Below, one piece after another: positions 28,812 to 41,440 of a stretch of DNA of 64,000 bases. A program made the position numbers and the translations under genes. The notes beneath the pieces were generated by a model. The model ran no database searches. It had not been told where the DNA came from and saw nothing but the letters and a program-made list of their open reading frames with translations. The stretch covers positions 52,197 through 116,196 of the forward strand of contig JALTVI010000093.1 of assembly GCA_027049035.1 (NCBI GenBank). The letters are read 5' to 3'. This DNA comes from Sulfurovum sp. Lineage in GTDB: Bacteria; Campylobacterota; Campylobacteria; Campylobacterales; Sulfurovaceae. Numbering within the stretch: the first letter of the stretch is position 1; each line of letters starts with the position of its first letter.

Positions 28812-29259
28812 GATCACCCTGCTGGTACTTGCGACGACGACACCGCTCCGCATCGGTGTCTACAAAGCGGGTCTGCTCATCGATGAACGCAGCAGTGAAG
28901 AGAAAACCTCCCAGATGCTGCTGCCGCTGCTGGAAGAGCTGATGGAGATCTACGATGTCAAACAGATCATCTATACCCGAAGCCCCGGCTCCTATATGGC
29001 TATCAAACTTACCTACATCACCCTCAAAACTATCGAGATCGTACGCGGTATACAATGTCTGGGGTGCAGTACGTTTGCGCTCAACGGCGGCAAACCGGTC
29101 AAAGCCATAGGCAACCTCTACTTTATCAAGGAAAAAGAGACTATAATTACAAAAAAATTTGAAGAGCCGGCCGATACATCGTTTGTATTGCCACACAGTA
29201 TTCAGGATCTCAAAGTAGATGAAGAATCGACACCAGCATATCTGCTGCCGGCTGTTTGA
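28777..29259 (+). CDS. Short TsaB-like protein (N-terminal domain only). The assignment is tentative.
   Basis: Segments LRIGVYK and [16 protein letters not shown] resemble the TsaB GPGSFTGLRI region. The start is uncertain because the ORF overlaps the end of lpxC. Confidence 0.45.
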   Translation: MKAGHLQKVSPEITLLVLATTTPLRIGVYKAGLLIDERSSEEKTSQMLLPLLEELMEIYDVKQIIYTRSPGSYMAIKLTYITLKTIEIVRGIQCLGCSTFALNGGKPVKAIGNLYFIKEKETIITKKFEEPADTSFVLPHSIQDLKVDEESTPAYLLPAV

Positions 29260-30155
29260 TGGAAGAAGTTCCCATGTTTGTAAGCGTACCCGCCACTTCG
29301 GCAAACCTCGGACCCGGATTTGACACCCTCGGACTGGCTGTCGATCTGCGCAATGAAATTATCATCAAGCCCTCAAAGTTTCTCAGTCTCTCGACCCACG
29401 GCGAGGGCTCTGACAATCCAAAAATCAAAAAGAACACACTTTTTTTGAACATTTTCAACGAAAATTACACCCGCCTGAGCAACCGTACCGACAGTTTCCG
29501 GTTCGAGTTTCACAACCGCATTCCCATCTCACGCGGTTTGGGAAGCTCTTCGGCCGTCATTGTTGCAGCCCTTAGCGCTGCCTATACCGCAGCAGGTGTA
29601 CGGTACAACAAGCGCGAAATTCTCAACCAGGCATTGCGTTATGAGCATCATCCCGATAACATCACCCCAGCGGTGATGGGCGGATTCAACGTTGCCTGTG
29701 TCGAAGGAGACCGCGTCTACAGCAAGAAGCGCCGTCTGCCCGACTATCTGCGTGCCGTGGTAGTCGTTCCCAACCGTACCATCTCTACGGCACGCTCGCG
29801 TACGGTGCTGCCCAAAATGTACCGCAAAGAGGAGACGGTTTACTCCCTTTCGCGTGCCGCCTATATGACTGCACTCTTTATGAGCGAGTCGTGGGACCTG
29901 CTGCGTATCGCTTCCAAAGACAAGCTCCACCAGGCACGCCGTATGAAGATGATGCCTGAACTCTTCGAAGTGCAGAAGCTCGCGTTAAGACACGGTGCTT
30001 TGATGAGTACACTCTCGGGTTCGGGCTCGACATTCTTCAACCTTGTGTATGAAAAGGATGCACAGAAGATCCACACCGCGCTGCAAACACGCTTTCCCCA
30101 GTTCCGAGTCTTTACGCTGGGGCTGGACAACAACGGAGTCATCACCGGAAGTTAA
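29256..30155 (+). CDS. thrB: Homoserine kinase ThrB
   Basis: Motif [12 protein letters not shown] and the GHMP kinase motif GLGSSSA. Confidence 0.9.
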   Translation: MMEEVPMFVSVPATSANLGPGFDTLGLAVDLRNEIIIKPSKFLSLSTHGEGSDNPKIKKNTLFLNIFNENYTRLSNRTDSFRFEFHNRIPISRGLGSSSAVIVAALSAAYTAAGVRYNKREILNQALRYEHHPDNITPAVMGGFNVACVEGDRVYSKKRRLPDYLRAVVVVPNRTISTARSRTVLPKMYRKEETVYSLSRAAYMTALFMSESWDLLRIASKDKLHQARRMKMMPELFEVQKLALRHGALMSTLSGSGSTFFNLVYEKDAQKIHTALQTRFPQFRVFTLGLDNNGVITGS

Positions 30156-30187
30156 GCCGCGCGCTTAATATTTTGGGTATAATACCT

Positions 30188-30472
30188 ATGAAAAAATCAC
30201 AGCCTATACGAATGTGCATCGCGTGCCGAAGCAGACACCCTCAACACACTTTGATCAGACTGAAGCTTGAAGGTAAGGACATTATTGCGTATAACGGGTA
30301 TGGCAGAAGCATCTACCTGTGTGACACATGCAGCCAGAACAACAAGAAACTCAAAGGTTTAGTGAAACGTTTTCGTCTCGACGAAGAGCGTTTCATTAAG
30401 CTGTTGACGGAAACACGCCCTAACGTGGGCGAATGCGAACCCTCGCAGCCAAATGAAGGAGCAAATCAATAA
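30188..30472 (+). CDS. ylxR: YlxR/DUF448 RNA-binding protein
   Basis: Motif [11 protein letters not shown]. It sits immediately upstream of infB. The ATG at 30188 is preferred over the TTG at 30173. Confidence 0.8.
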   Translation: MKKSQPIRMCIACRSRHPQHTLIRLKLEGKDIIAYNGYGRSIYLCDTCSQNNKKLKGLVKRFRLDEERFIKLLTETRPNVGECEPSQPNEGANQ

Positions 30473-33162
30473 TGGATAAAGTAAGAATCCAGGAAGTAGC
30501 AGAAGAAGCGGGATTGTCTAACGGCGAACTCATAGAAAAAGCCAAGGAACTCGGTTTCGATGTCAAGGCGGCCAACAGTGCCATCAGTCTTGACGATGCG
30601 GGTATTCTCGTAGATTATGCTATCAGTGGAACGCTTCCAAAAGGCTTCAAGAAGCCAGAAGAGAAGAAAAGAAAGATCACGGTTACCAAGAAGAAAGCCA
30701 AAGAAGAGACTCCGTCTCCTAAAGCAGAGGAGAAAGAGACAGTTTCCGAAACAGTGACCGAGGAGGCTGCGGCTGCAGCACCTGAAACGGAAGCGGCTGC
30801 AGATGAGGCAAAAGTGGAAGAAACGGCTCCCGCGTCTCAGGAAGCGCCGGCAGAAGAGGTTGCTCCAGAGCCCAAAGAGGAGACTCCCGAAGCCAAGCCT
30901 GCTCCAAAACAGCGCAAGGGAATCTCTGTCGTCAACAAGAAGAGTGATGAAGAGGCAGAAGCGCCTGCACAGCCAAGACGCAAGACCCTTTCACGAAGCG
31001 GTATCAAGATCGTCAGAAAAGCTAAGCCTGCCCCCGGACGCGCGGCGAAGAACATCTCCATGGGTGATGTCGCGCCTGCACCTTCGAAGAAGAAGGTCAA
31101 AAAGGGACCTGCTCAGGCAAAAGAGACCGGGAAGAAGATCGATATCTTCAACCACGACAGTATGAGCGGCGAGATCGACAGCGGCTTTGGTGAAGAGGAA
31201 GTGGTACTGCTTGACTTCTCCGATAAGAACATCTACGAAGAGATGATGCGTCAGGAGCAGAAGCGTAGAGAAGAGGCGAAAAAACGTGAACTTGCAGGCG
31301 GGGGTACGACACGCGGCAGACAGCCGTTCCGCCCTCAACAGCGCCGTTCCCTCAAGCGTGGCGGAAAGCGCAAGAAGTATACCAAAGAGGAGAGTAGTAC
31401 ACAGATCACCTCTGTAGAGATCCCGGAAAATGTAAGGGTATACGAGTTTGCCGAGAAAGTCGGCAAGACTGCCGGTGATGTCATCAAGGTGCTTTTCGCA
31501 CTGGGAATGATGGTGACCAAAAACGACTTCCTCAGCAAAGACGAGATAGAGATTCTCGCCGAAGAGTTCGAAGTTGAAGTGACCACGATGAACCCGCTTG
31601 ACGAGCTGGACTATGTGGCTGCCTACGATGCGATCCCCGACGAGCACCTCGAGGAGCGTCCTCCGGTTATTACCATTATGGGGCACGTCGACCACGGAAA
31701 GACCTCTCTGCTCGACAAGATCCGTTCTGCCAAAGTGGCAGACAAGGAAGCGGGCGGGATCACCCAGCATGTGGGTGCCTACCAGGTCGAGAAGAACGGC
31801 AAGAAGATCACCTTTGTCGACACTCCGGGTCACGAAGCCTTTACCGAGATGCGTGCGCGTGGTGCACAGGCGACAGATATCGTCATTATCGTCGTTGCGG
31901 CTGATGACGGCGTGATGCCTCAGACCAAAGAGGCGATCGCCCATACCAAGGCTGCAGGTGTACCGATGATCGTTGCGATCAACAAGATAGACAAGCCAAA
32001 CGCCAACCCTGACAATGTCAAGGCACAGCTTGCCGAAATTGACGTTATGGCGGCAGATTGGGGCGGCGAGTATGAGTTTATTCCCGTCTCTGCACATACA
32101 GGAGAGGGGATTGACGATCTGCTTGAGACCATTCTACTGCAGGCGGAAGTGATGGAGCTCAAAGCCGATCCTACCAGAAAGGCAAAAGCGATTGTTGTCG
32201 AAAGCTCCCTTGAGAAGGGCTTTGGACCGGTTGCGAACGTGATTATCAAAAACGGTACACTCAATGTTGGAGACAATGTCATTGTCGGTCAGACATACGG
32301 GCGTGTCAGAGTTATCAAAGACGATGACGGCAAAAATGTCAAGTCTGCGCCGCCAAGTGCCCCTGTGGCGGTTGTCGGGCTCAATGACGTACCCGGTGCG
32401 GGTGAAGTCATGGTGGCGATGGACTCAGAAAAGGAGGTGCGCGAACTTGCCGAAAAGCGTGCAGAGTACGAAAGAGCCAAGCAGCTTTCCAAGAGTACCA
32501 AAGCGTCCTTGGAAGATCTCTCAGCACTCATTGCCGAGGGGCAGCTCAAGTCACTGCCTGTCATCATCAAAGCGGACGTTCAGGGCTCGCTTGAAGCGAT
32601 CAAGGGAAGCCTCGAGAAGCTGCGTAACGAAGAGGTCAAGGTCAACATCATCCACGAAGGCGTGGGCGGCGTGACCGAGAGTGACGTGACACTTGCCGAT
32701 GCGAGTGAACACGCCGTGATTTTGGGCTTTAACGTCAGACCGACAGGTGCGGTCAAGAAGAAGGCAAAAGAGCTTGGTGTGGAGATCAACACCTACAACA
32801 TCATCTACGACCTGCTTGACGATGTCAAAGCGCTCCTTGGCGGTATGATGAGCCCTGTGATCAAAGAAGAGGTTACAGGCCAGGCGGAAGTACGCGAAAC
32901 TTTCGTTGTCGGCAAAGTCGGTACCATTGCCGGATGTAAGGTCACTGAGGGTGTCATTACCCGTAACTCCAAGGCAAGACTCATCCGTGACGGCGTGGTG
33001 GTTTACGAAAGCGCCATCTCGTCACTCAAGCGCTTCAACGAAGATGCCAAAGAGGTCAAGAACGGATACGAGTGTGGTATTATGCTCGAGAACTTCAACG
33101 ACATCAAAGAGGGCGATGTAATCGAAACCTTCAAAGATGTCGAAGAGCAGGTAACACTCTAG
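30472..33162 (+). CDS. infB: Translation initiation factor IF-2
   Basis: G-domain motifs [20 protein letters not shown] and NKID, with a charged K/E/A/P-rich N-terminal region. Confidence 0.95.
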   Translation: MDKVRIQEVAEEAGLSNGELIEKAKELGFDVKAANSAISLDDAGILVDYAISGTLPKGFKKPEEKKRKITVTKKKAKEETPSPKAEEKETVSETVTEEAAAAAPETEAAADEAKVEETAPASQEAPAEEVAPEPKEETPEAKPAPKQRKGISVVNKKSDEEAEAPAQPRRKTLSRSGIKIVRKAKPAPGRAAKNISMGDVAPAPSKKKVKKGPAQAKETGKKIDIFNHDSMSGEIDSGFGEEEVVLLDFSDKNIYEEMMRQEQKRREEAKKRELAGGGTTRGRQPFRPQQRRSLKRGGKRKKYTKEESSTQITSVEIPENVRVYEFAEKVGKTAGDVIKVLFALGMMVTKNDFLSKDEIEILAEEFEVEVTTMNPLDELDYVAAYDAIPDEHLEERPPVITIMGHVDHGKTSLLDKIRSAKVADKEAGGITQHVGAYQVEKNGKKITFVDTPGHEAFTEMRARGAQATDIVIIVVAADDGVMPQTKEAIAHTKAAGVPMIVAINKIDKPNANPDNVKAQLAEIDVMAADWGGEYEFIPVSAHTGEGIDDLLETILLQAEVMELKADPTRKAKAIVVESSLEKGFGPVANVIIKNGTLNVGDNVIVGQTYGRVRVIKDDDGKNVKSAPPSAPVAVVGLNDVPGAGEVMVAMDSEKEVRELAEKRAEYERAKQLSKSTKASLEDLSALIAEGQLKSLPVIIKADVQGSLEAIKGSLEKLRNEEVKVNIIHEGVGGVTESDVTLADASEHAVILGFNVRPTGAVKKKAKELGVEINTYNIIYDLLDDVKALLGGMMSPVIKEEVTGQAEVRETFVVGKVGTIAGCKVTEGVITRNSKARLIRDGVVVYESAISSLKRFNEDAKEVKNGYECGIMLENFNDIKEGDVIETFKDVEEQVTL

Positions 33163-33250
33163 TGAAGAGCTAAGAGTGAAGAGCGAAGAACGAAGAGTTT
33201 CGGTGTGCATTGGATACAATGCTCTTAGTATGATGAATAGAGAAGAGGTC
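33160..33250 (+). repeat. Intercistronic heptamer-array element, copy D (infB / rbfA spacer)
   Basis: It begins at the infB TAG with TAGTGAAGAG, the same junction as copy C. GTGAAGA/GCGAAGA 7-mers are followed by hairpin GCATTG-GATA-CAATGC. The element ends with GAAGAGG immediately before the downstream ATG. Confidence 0.7.
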
Positions 33251-33255
33251 TTTGT

Positions 33256-33636
33256 ATGACACCCGAAGAGATCAAACGCAAGCGTACGGAGTCGGTGCTT
33301 AGGGAGATCATTCCCGAAGCACTCTCTACGCTTGATGACAGCCGTATCAACTCCCTGCTGGTGACCGAAGTGGTCTGCTCCAGAGGCAGAAGCGATGCAA
33401 AGGTCTATCTGGACAAATCCTTTCTGACCGAAGCGGAGCAGCGTGAAGCACTGCGCCAGCTGCGTTCGGTAGCAGGTTACATCCAGAACTACTGCAAACA
33501 GAACGAGGGGTGGTTCAAAGCGCCACGCTTTACGTTCGAGTTTGATGAGCAGCTTGAGAAGCAGAGCCGTATGGAAGAGCTTTTCAAGCAGATAGCCAAG
33601 CGAAAAAACGATGAGGGAGAGAGTGATGAATCTTGA
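33256..33636 (+). CDS. rbfA: Ribosome-binding factor A
   Basis: 126 aa in the conserved infB-rbfA-rimP order, with an RbfA-like core (VTEVVCSRGRSDAKVYL). Confidence 0.85.
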   Translation: MTPEEIKRKRTESVLREIIPEALSTLDDSRINSLLVTEVVCSRGRSDAKVYLDKSFLTEAEQREALRQLRSVAGYIQNYCKQNEGWFKAPRFTFEFDEQLEKQSRMEELFKQIAKRKNDEGESDES

Positions 33637-34054
33637 AGAGCAGATCGCAAAGATTGTAGAGGCCAACGGCGCATCGCTCTATGATATCGAAACCGTAACG
33701 GAATTCGATGAAAAAATTTACCGTGTCTCCATTACCAAAGCGGGCGGTGTTTCGCTTGATCTGTGTGCGGATATCTCCGGTGAACTCTCCCCGTTTCTCG
33801 ACGTCAACCCTCCGATGCACGGACAGTACCGTCTGGAGGTCAGCTCACCCGGGATCGAGCGGAAACTGACCAAGCCTGCACATTTCAAGCAGTCCATAGG
33901 GGACAAGGTCAAGGTCAAAGTACTTGGCGGTGACAAGCTCAAGGGTACACTGAAGAGTGCGGATGACGAAGGCATCGTCATCGAGACCAAAGAGGGTGAG
34001 AAAGCGTTCAAATATAACGAACTGGGTACCGTCAAGACCTACTTCGAATTTTAA
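33626..34054 (+). CDS. rimP: Ribosome maturation factor RimP
   Basis: RimP-like sequence (YRLEVSSPGIERKL). It overlaps the end of rbfA. An alternative ATG lies at 33611. Confidence 0.85.
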   Translation: MNLEEQIAKIVEANGASLYDIETVTEFDEKIYRVSITKAGGVSLDLCADISGELSPFLDVNPPMHGQYRLEVSSPGIERKLTKPAHFKQSIGDKVKVKVLGGDKLKGTLKSADDEGIVIETKEGEKAFKYNELGTVKTYFEF

Positions 34055-34068
34055 TCAAGGAAGGCTGC

Positions 34069-35079
34069 ATGGGTGATAGGTTCTACATGCAGCTTGCCCT
34101 CGATGAGGCGTGGAAGTATCAGCTCTTAACCTATCCCAATCCAGCAGTCGGTGCCGTAGTCGTCAAGGACGGTGCCATACTCTCTATAGAAGCGCATCAA
34201 AAAGCGGGCACTTCGCATGCGGAGGTGCTTGCACTTCTTTCTGCCTATGAAACACTCTCCCAGACAACCATCGATTTTGACAGGTTCGATGCCCAAAAGG
34301 CACACGAATTTCTGCGACAACTCCCCAACGACTTTTTCAGTAGCTGCAGTATCTATGTGACTCTGGAGCCGTGTGCACACAGAGGAAAGACGCCATCATG
34401 TGCGATGCTGCTTCAATACCTCCGGCTAAAAGCGGTGATTGTCGGTATGAAGGACCCCATTGCCGGACACGGCGGGGGCGTTGAAATCATTCGCAGCGGC
34501 TCCAATGTACCCATCGTCAAAACGGGAGTACTTGAAGATGCGTGCAAAGCACTGCTTGAGCCCTTTCTACTCTGGCAGGAGCGTGCTTTCGTGCTTTTCA
34601 AGCTGGCACAGACGACCAACGGGCGTATTGGGGGAGGATATTTGAGCAGCAAAGAGTCACTCAGACATGTGCACAGACTGCGTTCCGTGTGCGACAGACT
34701 GCTCATTGGCGGCAATACGGTAAGAGTCGACAGGCCGACACTTGATTGCCGTTTTGTCGGTGCCCTGCCGCCGAACGTGACGATCTACTCGAAGTCGGAA
34801 ACGTTTGATAGTGAGATCCCGCTTTTTGGCATTGAGGGAAGAGAAGTAACTATTACACAGAAGCTTGACTTTCTTGACAAGCCCTCTTTCATTCTGGTCG
34901 AAGGAGGGGAGGGGATGCTGAATGCACTGCAAGGTCATATCGACTGGCTGTTGATCTATCAGACCCCTAAGCTCTCCAGCAACGAATTATCCTATAATAT
35001 CGACATGAATTTGACATTTCTGCACCAGAGAAATATTGGTGTGGATCTGATGATATGGAGCAGACAACTTGGGAATTGA
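34069..35079 (+). CDS. ribD: Bifunctional riboflavin biosynthesis deaminase/reductase RibD
   Basis: Zinc deaminase motifs HAEVLAL and PCAHRGKTPSC, followed by a C-terminal reductase domain. Confidence 0.85.
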   Translation: MGDRFYMQLALDEAWKYQLLTYPNPAVGAVVVKDGAILSIEAHQKAGTSHAEVLALLSAYETLSQTTIDFDRFDAQKAHEFLRQLPNDFFSSCSIYVTLEPCAHRGKTPSCAMLLQYLRLKAVIVGMKDPIAGHGGGVEIIRSGSNVPIVKTGVLEDACKALLEPFLLWQERAFVLFKLAQTTNGRIGGGYLSSKESLRHVHRLRSVCDRLLIGGNTVRVDRPTLDCRFVGALPPNVTIYSKSETFDSEIPLFGIEGREVTITQKLDFLDKPSFILVEGGEGMLNALQGHIDWLLIYQTPKLSSNELSYNIDMNLTFLHQRNIGVDLMIWSRQLGN

Positions 35080-35815
35080 AAAACTGACCGACAAAGAGCA
35101 AAAACAGCAGAAGATCGTGGAGATGTTCGACGACATCGCTGACACCTATGATCTGGCAAATCGTGTACTGAGCATGGGTATTGACATTCAGTGGCGAAAA
35201 AAGGGGTGTGACAAAGCCTTTGAGATACTGGATAAAAAAACGCTTGGACAGGTGACAGACGTTGCGACAGGAACAGGTGACCTGCTCATCTACTGGCGCG
35301 AACAGGCCCAGAAGAACGGTGTGGAAATCGAGAAGTATGTCGGCATCGATCCTTCTGTTGGGATGCTTGAAGTGGCACGGAAAAAGGTCGATTTTGCCGA
35401 GTTTATCGAAGGCAAGGCGCAGGAGCTTCCCATCGCAGATGAAAGCAGCGATGTTATCTCCATCAGCTATGGTATCCGCAATGTCGTCGACAGACCCGAG
35501 GCGCTGAGAGAGTTCCACCGAGCCCTGAAACCTGGCGGTATTGTGGTGATTTTGGAGTTTACCAAGCAGGAACGTACGGGGATACTGGACAAAGTAGTCG
35601 ATTTCGGTATGAAAAAGGTGCTGCCGCGTATCGGCGGGCTCATCTCCAAAAACTATGAAGCCTACAAATACCTTCCAGACTCTATTGAAGAGTTCCTTAC
35701 TACTGAAATGCTAAGCCAGGAACTTGAAGAGGCAGGGTTCGAGATGAAATACACCAAATCGTTCTCTATGGGAATATCAACGCTTTTGGTCGCCCAAAAG
35801 CGGATGGATGATTGA
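35069..35815 (+). CDS. ubiE: Demethylmenaquinone/ubiquinone methyltransferase (UbiE/MenG)
   Basis: TTG start overlapping the ribD stop. Carries MFDDIADTYD and the SAM motif DVATGTGDL. Confidence 0.85.
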   Translation: MGIEKLTDKEQKQQKIVEMFDDIADTYDLANRVLSMGIDIQWRKKGCDKAFEILDKKTLGQVTDVATGTGDLLIYWREQAQKNGVEIEKYVGIDPSVGMLEVARKKVDFAEFIEGKAQELPIADESSDVISISYGIRNVVDRPEALREFHRALKPGGIVVILEFTKQERTGILDKVVDFGMKKVLPRIGGLISKNYEAYKYLPDSIEEFLTTEMLSQELEEAGFEMKYTKSFSMGISTLLVAQKRMDD

Positions 35816-35895
35816 TGATGGAAAATGGAGGATGATGTATTGCTGGTTCAAATATTAATCTTCAATCTTCAATCCTCAATCTTCAATCCATCATT
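35803..35895 (+). repeat. Intercistronic heptamer-array element, copy E (ubiE / xseA spacer)
   Basis: The left array of GGATGGA/TGATTGA/TGATGGA-type 7-mers overlaps the ubiE stop. The right array is (AATCTTC)-type x5, partly complementary to the left arm. Confidence 0.75.
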
Positions 35896-35898
35896 TGT

Positions 35899-37164
35899 AT
35901 GGAGGATATCTCCATGCAAATGATGAGTGTTTCATCGCTTAATACCAAAATAAAATCCCTTCTTGAAGCGACCTTCATGCATATCCTTGTTGAGGGCGAG
36001 GTAGCTTCGGCAACCTACCACACCTCCGGGCATCTCTACTTTACCATCAAGGATGACAAGAGTTCTATTAAGTGTGTCATGTGGCGCTCATCGGTGGCAC
36101 GAATGAAGTTTCGTATCGAGAAGGGGATGCGGATTGTTGTCGAGGGTTCGGTGAGTGTCTATGCGCCGCGCGGAGAGTACCAGATACAGGCAGTGAAGTT
36201 CGAGCCATACGGACAGGGGGCACTGGCACTGGCATTCGAACAGCTCAAAGAGAAGCTCAAGGCAAAAGGGTACTTCGATGCAGTACGCAAGAAGCCGATA
36301 CCAAAACAGATACGCAAAATAGCACTGGTGACCGCCAAAGAGAGTGCGGCATTGCATGATATGCTAAAGATCATTGAGAAGCGCTGGCCTCTGGTGGAGG
36401 TGATCGTTGTCGATACACTGGTGCAGGGTGAACATGCTGCACGAAGTATCGCTTCAGCGCTGCGCTATGCCGACACGCTTGGTGCGGATGTGGTTATTGT
36501 CGGGCGTGGGGGTGGATCGACTGAGGATCTGTGGGCTTTCAACGAAGAGCCTGTAGCCGATGCGATCTTTGTGATGCAGACACCGGTAGTGAGTGCTGTG
36601 GGGCATGAAGTCGATGTGCTTATCAGTGATTATGTGGCGGATCTCCGTGCCCCGACACCCAGTGCCGCGATCGAGATGGTACTGCCGGATAGGAACGAAT
36701 TGCTCTTTTTGCTTGACGAACGGCTGGAACGCTTCATTCGGACTTTCGATCAACATTTGATGAGAAAAACGCAGCAGTTGCAGCATATGGAGGCACTGTT
36801 GTTGCAGAATGCACCTACGCGCAAACTGCAGGAGATTGCGCAGGTATTCGAGCGAATACGTCAGGAGTATGACCGTACCATGCGGTATAAACTTGATCAG
36901 TATACGGCACAACTGCTACCGCTGCATAATCATTTGAAGCAGAATATGGAGATGATCCTGCGACAGAAAATGCAGCAGGCAGCTCATCTTGAAGAGAAGC
37001 TGAAACTGAGTGACCCAAGGCTTCAGTGCAAGGAGGGATGGGCACAGATTTCAAAAGGGGGCAAGCCGGTTTCCCTACATAGAATTGATCCAGGAGAGAA
37101 ATTTATGCTTGAGGATGCATCTGTCAAAATAGAGGCACAATGCTTAAGTAAAAAAGAGATATGA
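35899..37164 (+). CDS. xseA: Exodeoxyribonuclease VII large subunit
   Basis: N-terminal OB fold (EGEVASATYHTSGHLYFTIKD), catalytic core and C-terminal coiled coil. The start may instead be at 35914. Confidence 0.9.
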   Translation: MEDISMQMMSVSSLNTKIKSLLEATFMHILVEGEVASATYHTSGHLYFTIKDDKSSIKCVMWRSSVARMKFRIEKGMRIVVEGSVSVYAPRGEYQIQAVKFEPYGQGALALAFEQLKEKLKAKGYFDAVRKKPIPKQIRKIALVTAKESAALHDMLKIIEKRWPLVEVIVVDTLVQGEHAARSIASALRYADTLGADVVIVGRGGGSTEDLWAFNEEPVADAIFVMQTPVVSAVGHEVDVLISDYVADLRAPTPSAAIEMVLPDRNELLFLLDERLERFIRTFDQHLMRKTQQLQHMEALLLQNAPTRKLQEIAQVFERIRQEYDRTMRYKLDQYTAQLLPLHNHLKQNMEMILRQKMQQAAHLEEKLKLSDPRLQCKEGWAQISKGGKPVSLHRIDPGEKFMLEDASVKIEAQCLSKKEI

Positions 37165-37238
37165 TAATAGGTTATGATAGTAGTTGCGTGGGCTAACAGG
37201 CGAATGCTCCTGAATGTTTTTGGCAAGGAAGAGGAAAT

Positions 37239-39017
37239 ATGACTTTTTCGCAGGAAATCTCTTTGATCTGTGCACTTCTTGTTGTCGCAGTTGTTGTGTT
37301 TGGCTTGCTTTACCGCAGCCGAAACCGTATGAAACAAGAGATTGAAGCAAGAATGGAAATGTTCAAAAAAGCCTTCAACGTTACCGAAGATGCTGTTATT
37401 GTACTTGATCGCAAAGGGCTTGTTGCCTATGCAAACCAGTCTGCATTAAAACTGCTTGGGCTTCCGAACGAGTTTGCAGACAAACCGCTCTCCCCCATGC
37501 CAAAAGTGAAAATCAAAAACGAGTGGATTCCCCTTGATCGTTTTCTCGAAGAGTTGCCGCACAAGAGAGAGGGGAAAATGTATACCTTCCCCAGATCGAG
37601 TCTGCTTTCAGATGCTGAAAAAGAGCATAGCATTCCGGTAAATCTCTTTATTGATACTGTTGCAGAGATAAAGGATATGGAGTGCTGTACAGTGATTCTG
37701 ATCCATGACCTGCGCAAAGAGCAGGAGCGCAATAAGGTTGCCTACTCCAATACATTGACCGATCTTCCCAATCAGCTTCAGGCCAAAGAGGACCTTCACA
37801 AACTCTTTTCCAAAATTCACCTGCACAACAAGAAACTTGCCCTGATGCTGATAGAGCTTGATAACCTGTCACAGATACGTGCAACCATCGGGTATGACCA
37901 GAGTGAAGCGATTATTATAGGGTTCGCCCAGTACCTCAAGAATCTGGCAAAATCTTCGTCCTTTTATGTCTATCATACCTACAGCAACCACTTTCTTATC
38001 TGTCTGCCTGTAGTGGAGACTGCCGATGAGGTGGTCTATCTGGGGCGGCAGATTCAGGGTCGTCTGGCATCTCTTTATACTGTCAATAATGTCCGTTTTC
38101 ATCTGACTGCTTCGATCGGTATCAGTATCTATCCTGACAGTGGTTCAACGCTTGTGCTGATGGACCGTGCTTACAAGGCACTGGCACAGGCACAGAAAAG
38201 CGGTTTGGGACAGATCTCCATCTATGTTCAGAACGAGTATGAGAAGAAGTATGATGAGGTAGAGATATACAACGCTTTGAGTGAAGCGATTGACAAAAAA
38301 GAGTTTGAAGTATACTACCAGCCGATTGTCAGAAGCAGAGGCAGAGAGGTTGTCGGTGCAGAAGCGCTTGTACGCTGGACGCATAAACAGTACGGTGTGA
38401 TTCCTCCGGATGTTTTCATTCCACTGCTAGAGAAGTCTGGATTTATCATAGAACTTGGACAATTCGTACTCTCAGAAGTACTCAAGCAGCAGAAACGCTG
38501 GGAGATGTTCAAGTTCAAACCCATCGAGGTCTCTATCAATATGTCTCTGCTTGAGATAGAGGCGGAGGGGTTTGTTGAAAATGTGGCACAACAGCTTGTT
38601 GAGCACCAGGTGCCTCCGGAACTGATCAAGTTCGAGATCACCGAGGGGGTGGCGATGAAGAATGAAACTGAAGCGGATCAGCAGCTTCAGGCACTTAAAA
38701 AGCTTGGTGTGACCATTGCACTCGATGATTTTGGAACAGGCTATACTTCATTCGGATATCTTAAAAAATTTCCGGCTGACATATTGAAGATTGACAAGTC
38801 ACTGGTGGAGTACATTATTACGAATGAGGAGGATCAGCGTATCGTTAAGGCGATGATCGACCTTGCGCACAATCTGGGTATGAAAATTGTTGTCGAGGGG
38901 ATCGAAACCAACGAGATGGCAGATATGATGACGGAGTTCGGTGCCGATTACCTGCAGGGGTACTATTTCAGCAAACCGATTCCTGCGTATGAGTTTCAGG
39001 AGATGATACGGCTGTAA
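37239..39017 (+). CDS. Membrane-anchored PAS / degenerate-GGDEF / EAL protein (probable c-di-GMP phosphodiesterase)
   Basis: N-terminal TM helix. The GGDEF position reads YSNHF. The EAL domain motifs appear intact (EALVRW, DDFGTGYTS, KIDKSL, EGIET). Confidence 0.85.
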   Translation: MTFSQEISLICALLVVAVVVFGLLYRSRNRMKQEIEARMEMFKKAFNVTEDAVIVLDRKGLVAYANQSALKLLGLPNEFADKPLSPMPKVKIKNEWIPLDRFLEELPHKREGKMYTFPRSSLLSDAEKEHSIPVNLFIDTVAEIKDMECCTVILIHDLRKEQERNKVAYSNTLTDLPNQLQAKEDLHKLFSKIHLHNKKLALMLIELDNLSQIRATIGYDQSEAIIIGFAQYLKNLAKSSSFYVYHTYSNHFLICLPVVETADEVVYLGRQIQGRLASLYTVNNVRFHLTASIGISIYPDSGSTLVLMDRAYKALAQAQKSGLGQISIYVQNEYEKKYDEVEIYNALSEAIDKKEFEVYYQPIVRSRGREVVGAEALVRWTHKQYGVIPPDVFIPLLEKSGFIIELGQFVLSEVLKQQKRWEMFKFKPIEVSINMSLLEIEAEGFVENVAQQLVEHQVPPELIKFEITEGVAMKNETEADQQLQALKKLGVTIALDDFGTGYTSFGYLKKFPADILKIDKSLVEYIITNEEDQRIVKAMIDLAHNLGMKIVVEGIETNEMADMMTEFGADYLQGYYFSKPIPAYEFQEMIRL

Positions 39018-39467
39018 TATTTCAGTTTTGGAATATTTTACTAGTTTCGAAGAGAGGTATGATGTTGTTATCATGCATTCGATGCGGGATCTTGACATGG
39101 TTGTGTGTTAAATGTTCCTCTTCATTTCTTTTTTCTTTGTAGCAGCACAAAGCAAAAAGAAAAGCTGATGCCCTGACGGGTTGTCAAATATCTGCCACTC
39201 TCTGGAAAGTTGCTATGACAATCGATATTTATTTGGCTTGAGGTCATCCCGCACTTGATGCGGGATCTTGATGTAGTTTTTAACTGAAGTATTTTTCTCA
39301 GATAATGAGATTTGACCAAGTGGTGGGATGAATTCCTGCCTACGCGGGTCGCATTGCTCCACCGCTACGGTTTCGAACCTACAAACGACACGCAGGTGTC
39401 GTTTGCTTTACGGTTCTCCCAGCCTACGGTGGTCTCGTCGAGACATCATCTTCGGTTTCGAACCTAT

Positions 39468-39489
39468 AAAGTCCAAACTATTGGACTTT
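39468..39489. terminator. Hairpin AAAGTCCA-AACTA-TTGGACTTT between the convergent GGDEF/EAL and groEL genes (possible terminator)
   Basis: The stem-loop lies 12 nt from the groEL stop. The T-run is better on the plus strand (TTTATTTA) than on the minus strand. It forms part of a tandemly duplicated module. Confidence 0.35.
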
Positions 39490-39500
39490 ATTTACGGTTC

Positions 39501-41162
<1,662 letters not shown>

Positions 41163-41179
41163 TTATATAATAGTTTTGT

Positions 41180-41440
41180 TTATCCGATGACACCGAGAAT
41201 GTCGGAGAGCTCCATGACAAGGTATTCTTTGTCGTCAAGTATCAGCTCTGTACCTGCATACTTGCCGAATACGACAGTGTCGCCTACATTGACCTCTTCA
41301 ACATCGCTTCCGATGGCCAGTACTTTGCCCTGTGAAGGCTTCTCTTTGGCATTATCGGGTATGATGATACCACTCGCCGTTGTATTTACCTCTTCGACTC
41401 TCTCTACAAGCAGTCTGTCACCAAGTGGTTTGAAGTTCAT
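41180..41440 (-). CDS. groES: Co-chaperonin GroES
   Basis: Begins [15 protein letters not shown] from the ATG at 41440. The track ORF's upstream extension was rejected. Confidence 0.95.
   Translation of the reverse strand: MNFKPLGDRLLVERVEEVNTTASGIIIPDNAKEKPSQGKVLAIGSDVEEVNVGDTVVFGKYAGTELILDDKEYLVMELSDILGVIG

Noticed and set aside
30991-32097. 368-aa minus-strand ORF
   Set aside because: It lies antisense to infB, including the G-domain region.
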